Part shown: piece after piece, positions 61,196-64,000 of the stretch | Layout of the letters: the number at the start of each line of letters is the position of its first letter | Position numbering within the stretch: the stretch's first letter is position 1 | Assembly (NCBI GenBank): GCA_963693365.1 | Contig: CAVNZM010000009.1 | Span: forward strand, 4,661,146-4,725,145 | Direction: 5' to 3' | Length of the DNA stretch: 64,000 bases | From: Amoebidium appalachense | Lineage: Eukaryota; Protista; Ichthyosporea | Program-made: the position numbers and the translations under genes | The notes under the pieces: generated by a model | The model's input: the letters and a program-made list of their open reading frames with translations, nothing else | Told to the model about the DNA's origin: nothing | Database searches by the model: none

Positions 61196-61777
61196 GTTTG
61201 GGGGGGGGGGGGGGGGGAGGGGGTGCGCGCGCTCACGTGTGTTTTTGTGCGCGCGTGTGCGTGTGCGTTTTATATGTGCATGTGCGTGTTGGGTGTGTGA
61301 GTGTGTGTGCGTGTGTGTGTAATGATCAGCATCTCCGATATATTGGTTCAATATCAACATAGAGCCTTTAAATGCCGTCCACCCAAATTGGCGGGTGAAT
61401 GCGTGCACACACACACACACCCATATGCCCCCACCCACCTACCCACCCACACACGCACAGAACACACATTAATACACATGGATGCTTATATATCGATTAT
61501 CTGGGTTCGAAATTTGTGCTTGGTATCTAAATGCTGCCAGGTCATTGTCATTATACATTTCTACAGGGCCTATCTGCCGTGCATTGCTTATATGTTAGTA
61601 TTGCCACAATACTGCCGCAATATATACTATGCCCTGGTATATGCCCATCAGTCACTCCGCCCGCTAGTATTGATCCAGTGATCAACTAATTTTAGTTATT
61701 GATCGGAACCAGCTGGACATCTCTCCATTAAAAAAATTTCACAGTGCCCTCCCTCCCTCCCCCCCCCCCCCCCCCCT

Positions 61778-61808
<31 letters not shown>

Positions 61809-62152
61809 CCCCCCCCCCCCCCCCCCCCTCCCCACCACCACCACCTTTTTTCTTTCTACTGCTCTAAACAGCCAAACAAAACATGGCCATGCCTATTTAT
61901 ATAGAAAAAAATATGTATTTATGTCATGTGTCCTTCACTAGAACTAGACGGGATAGGGCATATACGGCAAACCAAAAAGAAGCAAAACTTTGTGAACACA
62001 CACATTGATACAAGACCAACAACGAGAATGCCCGGTCCCAGGTGAACAGTTGACTACAACTAGCACCCAGACAGGGGAAAAAAAAAAGGCAACTGTACCT
62101 GTGCGGGGCTCCAACCACAAAAAAGACGCCAAAAACAAAGTAATAATCGAGA

Positions 62153-63733
62153 TCAATAGCTTTCCGAGCGAGACGCAGAGAGAGAAAGCGGGCGTCCCGT
62201 CCCTTCCTCCATCTCAAACGTCGACATGCCCACCTCTTCCACAGTCTCGTTACCGACCTGCTGGTACCTTCCACCCTGGCGCATGGCGGCCAATCGTTTG
62301 CGGTGGTACAGCAAGAACCCACCAATCGCAGCGCATGCAACGGTCGCCGACACACCGACCATGGCCCAATAGAGCGTCTGGCTGTCGTCATCAGAGATGC
62401 CCTCCTCGTCGGCACCGAATGACGTCATCATGTTGCCATGTGCCATGAACGACACACCCTGCAGGGAGGGGGTACACGTGTTAAGACTGTGGAATGTGTG
62501 TATGCAGGTGTTCGCTGGTGTGCATATTCTGGTTGACGGCCTGAAAAGTTTAATCTAGGTCTGTGTGATCAAAGTACAGAAAAATGTGCTACCTAACATT
62601 TTACAGGGCAAAACGTGTGGAAGGAAAGAAAAAAAGAAAGGGGCGTTGGGCTCTTAAGGCGCAGTTTCACCCACGTACAAGCGCACATACGAACATGCCT
62701 ATACCTTACACACAAACAGGCACCACACATGGATATTCCCCTTCCCCTCACCCCCTCCCCCCCCCTCCCCCCCCCCCCCCCCCCCCCACACACACACACC
62801 CACCCACATCCACCCACCCACCCGCACATCCCGTGGGCCCCGTGCCCGCACCTGCATCACGGGCCTCCCCCTCACCATCTTGCCCATTTCGGATCCGTCA
62901 ATGGGTGTGATTGGCTGCGACACCGTCACTTGCTGCCGATTGGTCGGGTCCACGCTCAGGAATGCGCTGTCAGTGACCACCCATCCGCCCATGGAAAGAC
63001 CTAGAATCTCAGGCGCAGACGCGGAATGTACTTTTGCAGGAGGGAGGGTAAAAGCACCAGCCGTGTTGACGACAGCCGTGTAGGTCACTGTGTGCACACC
63101 AGGCCAGAGCCGACGGGCAAAGAACGTCACACGCTCAGCCGTTACTTGCTTGTCCTGTGTGTGGTGTGTGGTGTGTGGGGGTAACGAGCGAAACGGTGGT
63201 GTGTGGGGTTAGAAAAAGGCCGTTTCACTAGGAGTTTTACATCAACAAGTTATCCCCCGTACCCATTTGACCACAACTCCCTATAAATAAACCTCCTTGC
63301 CATTATGGTGCAGGGATTCAGGGGGGGGGGGGGGGGGGGGGGGGATGGTGGTAGGTTGGTGGTGAACTGAGAGGGGGGGAGGGGGGGGGGGGGGGGGGGA
63401 GGGGGGGGAGGAGGTGGGAGTTGTGTAAGGAGAGAGAGGGGGGGGGGGGGGGGGGGGGGGGGAGGTAGTTACCTGGAAGGGTGTGAACCACCAGAATGGA
63501 TATGCACCCCCATCCACCCCGTTGCTGGGGTCTTGCGGGACATTGGGATAGATGGCAGTGTCCATAGGCTCAAGCCCACCGGGCACACCATCCATGACGA
63601 TTACGGAATCGACCATGTCTGGAGATGTGATCTGAAGCGTAATTTGGATGTATGTTCCCGCCGTGAGCGACTGGGTGGAGTTGATGGCCCCCGGCTTGAC
63701 CTTGTTGGTGACCGGGTCGAGGATCTGGAGGAT
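62153..63733 (-). CDS. 3' exons of a bacterial-type alpha-2-macroglobulin-like protein with C-terminal transmembrane helix (gene continues beyond the window)
   Basis: Phase-0 exons 63473-63733, 62876 (or 62852)-63154 and 62153-62458. Motifs VIVMDGVPGGLEP, ERVTFFARRLWPG, YTAVVNTAGAFTLPPAKV and PEILG resemble the C-terminal MG10 domain of bacterial A2Ms. TM segment LYWAMVGVSATVACAAIGGFLLY followed by HRKR. Confidence 0.78.
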
Positions 63734-64000
63734 CTGAGGGGGGAAAGGAGATTGAGAATTGGTTAGAGTGTGCAGTTTTGAAAGGCATACCTCATAGCAG
63801 TAAGTGGATGTTTCTGCAGCATTGAGAGTGTCAAGATTTATATACCCCCCCCCCTCCCCCCCCCCCCCCCCCCCCCCCCCCCCACGAACACACACACACA
63901 CCACCACCAACCCACCACACACAAACACACACTCCCCTATTTTTTCTTTTTGGTGGTGGTGATGATGATGGAAATGGGGTTTCTGCCCCCCCCCCCCCCC

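Overview
Eukaryotic, intron-rich genomic DNA saturated with (CA)n/(TG)n microsatellites and G/C homopolymer runs; most ORF-track entries are artefacts of these repeats. The organism cannot be named from the sequence. Reconstructable content, left to right: (1) a multi-exon RMND1/Rmd1 (DUF155) gene on the minus strand (~13005 to 606); (2) head-to-head with it, an apparently non-coding two-exon host gene carrying an intronic U24/SNORD24 box C/D snoRNA; (3) a frameshifted C2H2 zinc-finger ORF; (4) a six-exon hypothetical gene (18700-25406); (5) a nested mobile-element island (28.5-40.4 kb); (6) a hypothetical gene with a 35-aa internal repeat; (7) two convergent F-box/LRR-like genes, at least one a pseudogene; (8) the 3' end of an intron-containing, membrane-anchored, bacterial-type alpha-2-macroglobulin gene. 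The island holds a recent full-length chromodomain Ty3/Gypsy retrotransposon with gag-TAG-pro organisation, a non-canonical primer-binding site and a 1.5-kb tandem duplication of RT. It and an unrelated solo LTR both sit in one arm of a TSD-less foldback element, followed by a PIF/Harbinger-type MITE. All alignments and family assignments were made by eye; no searches were run.
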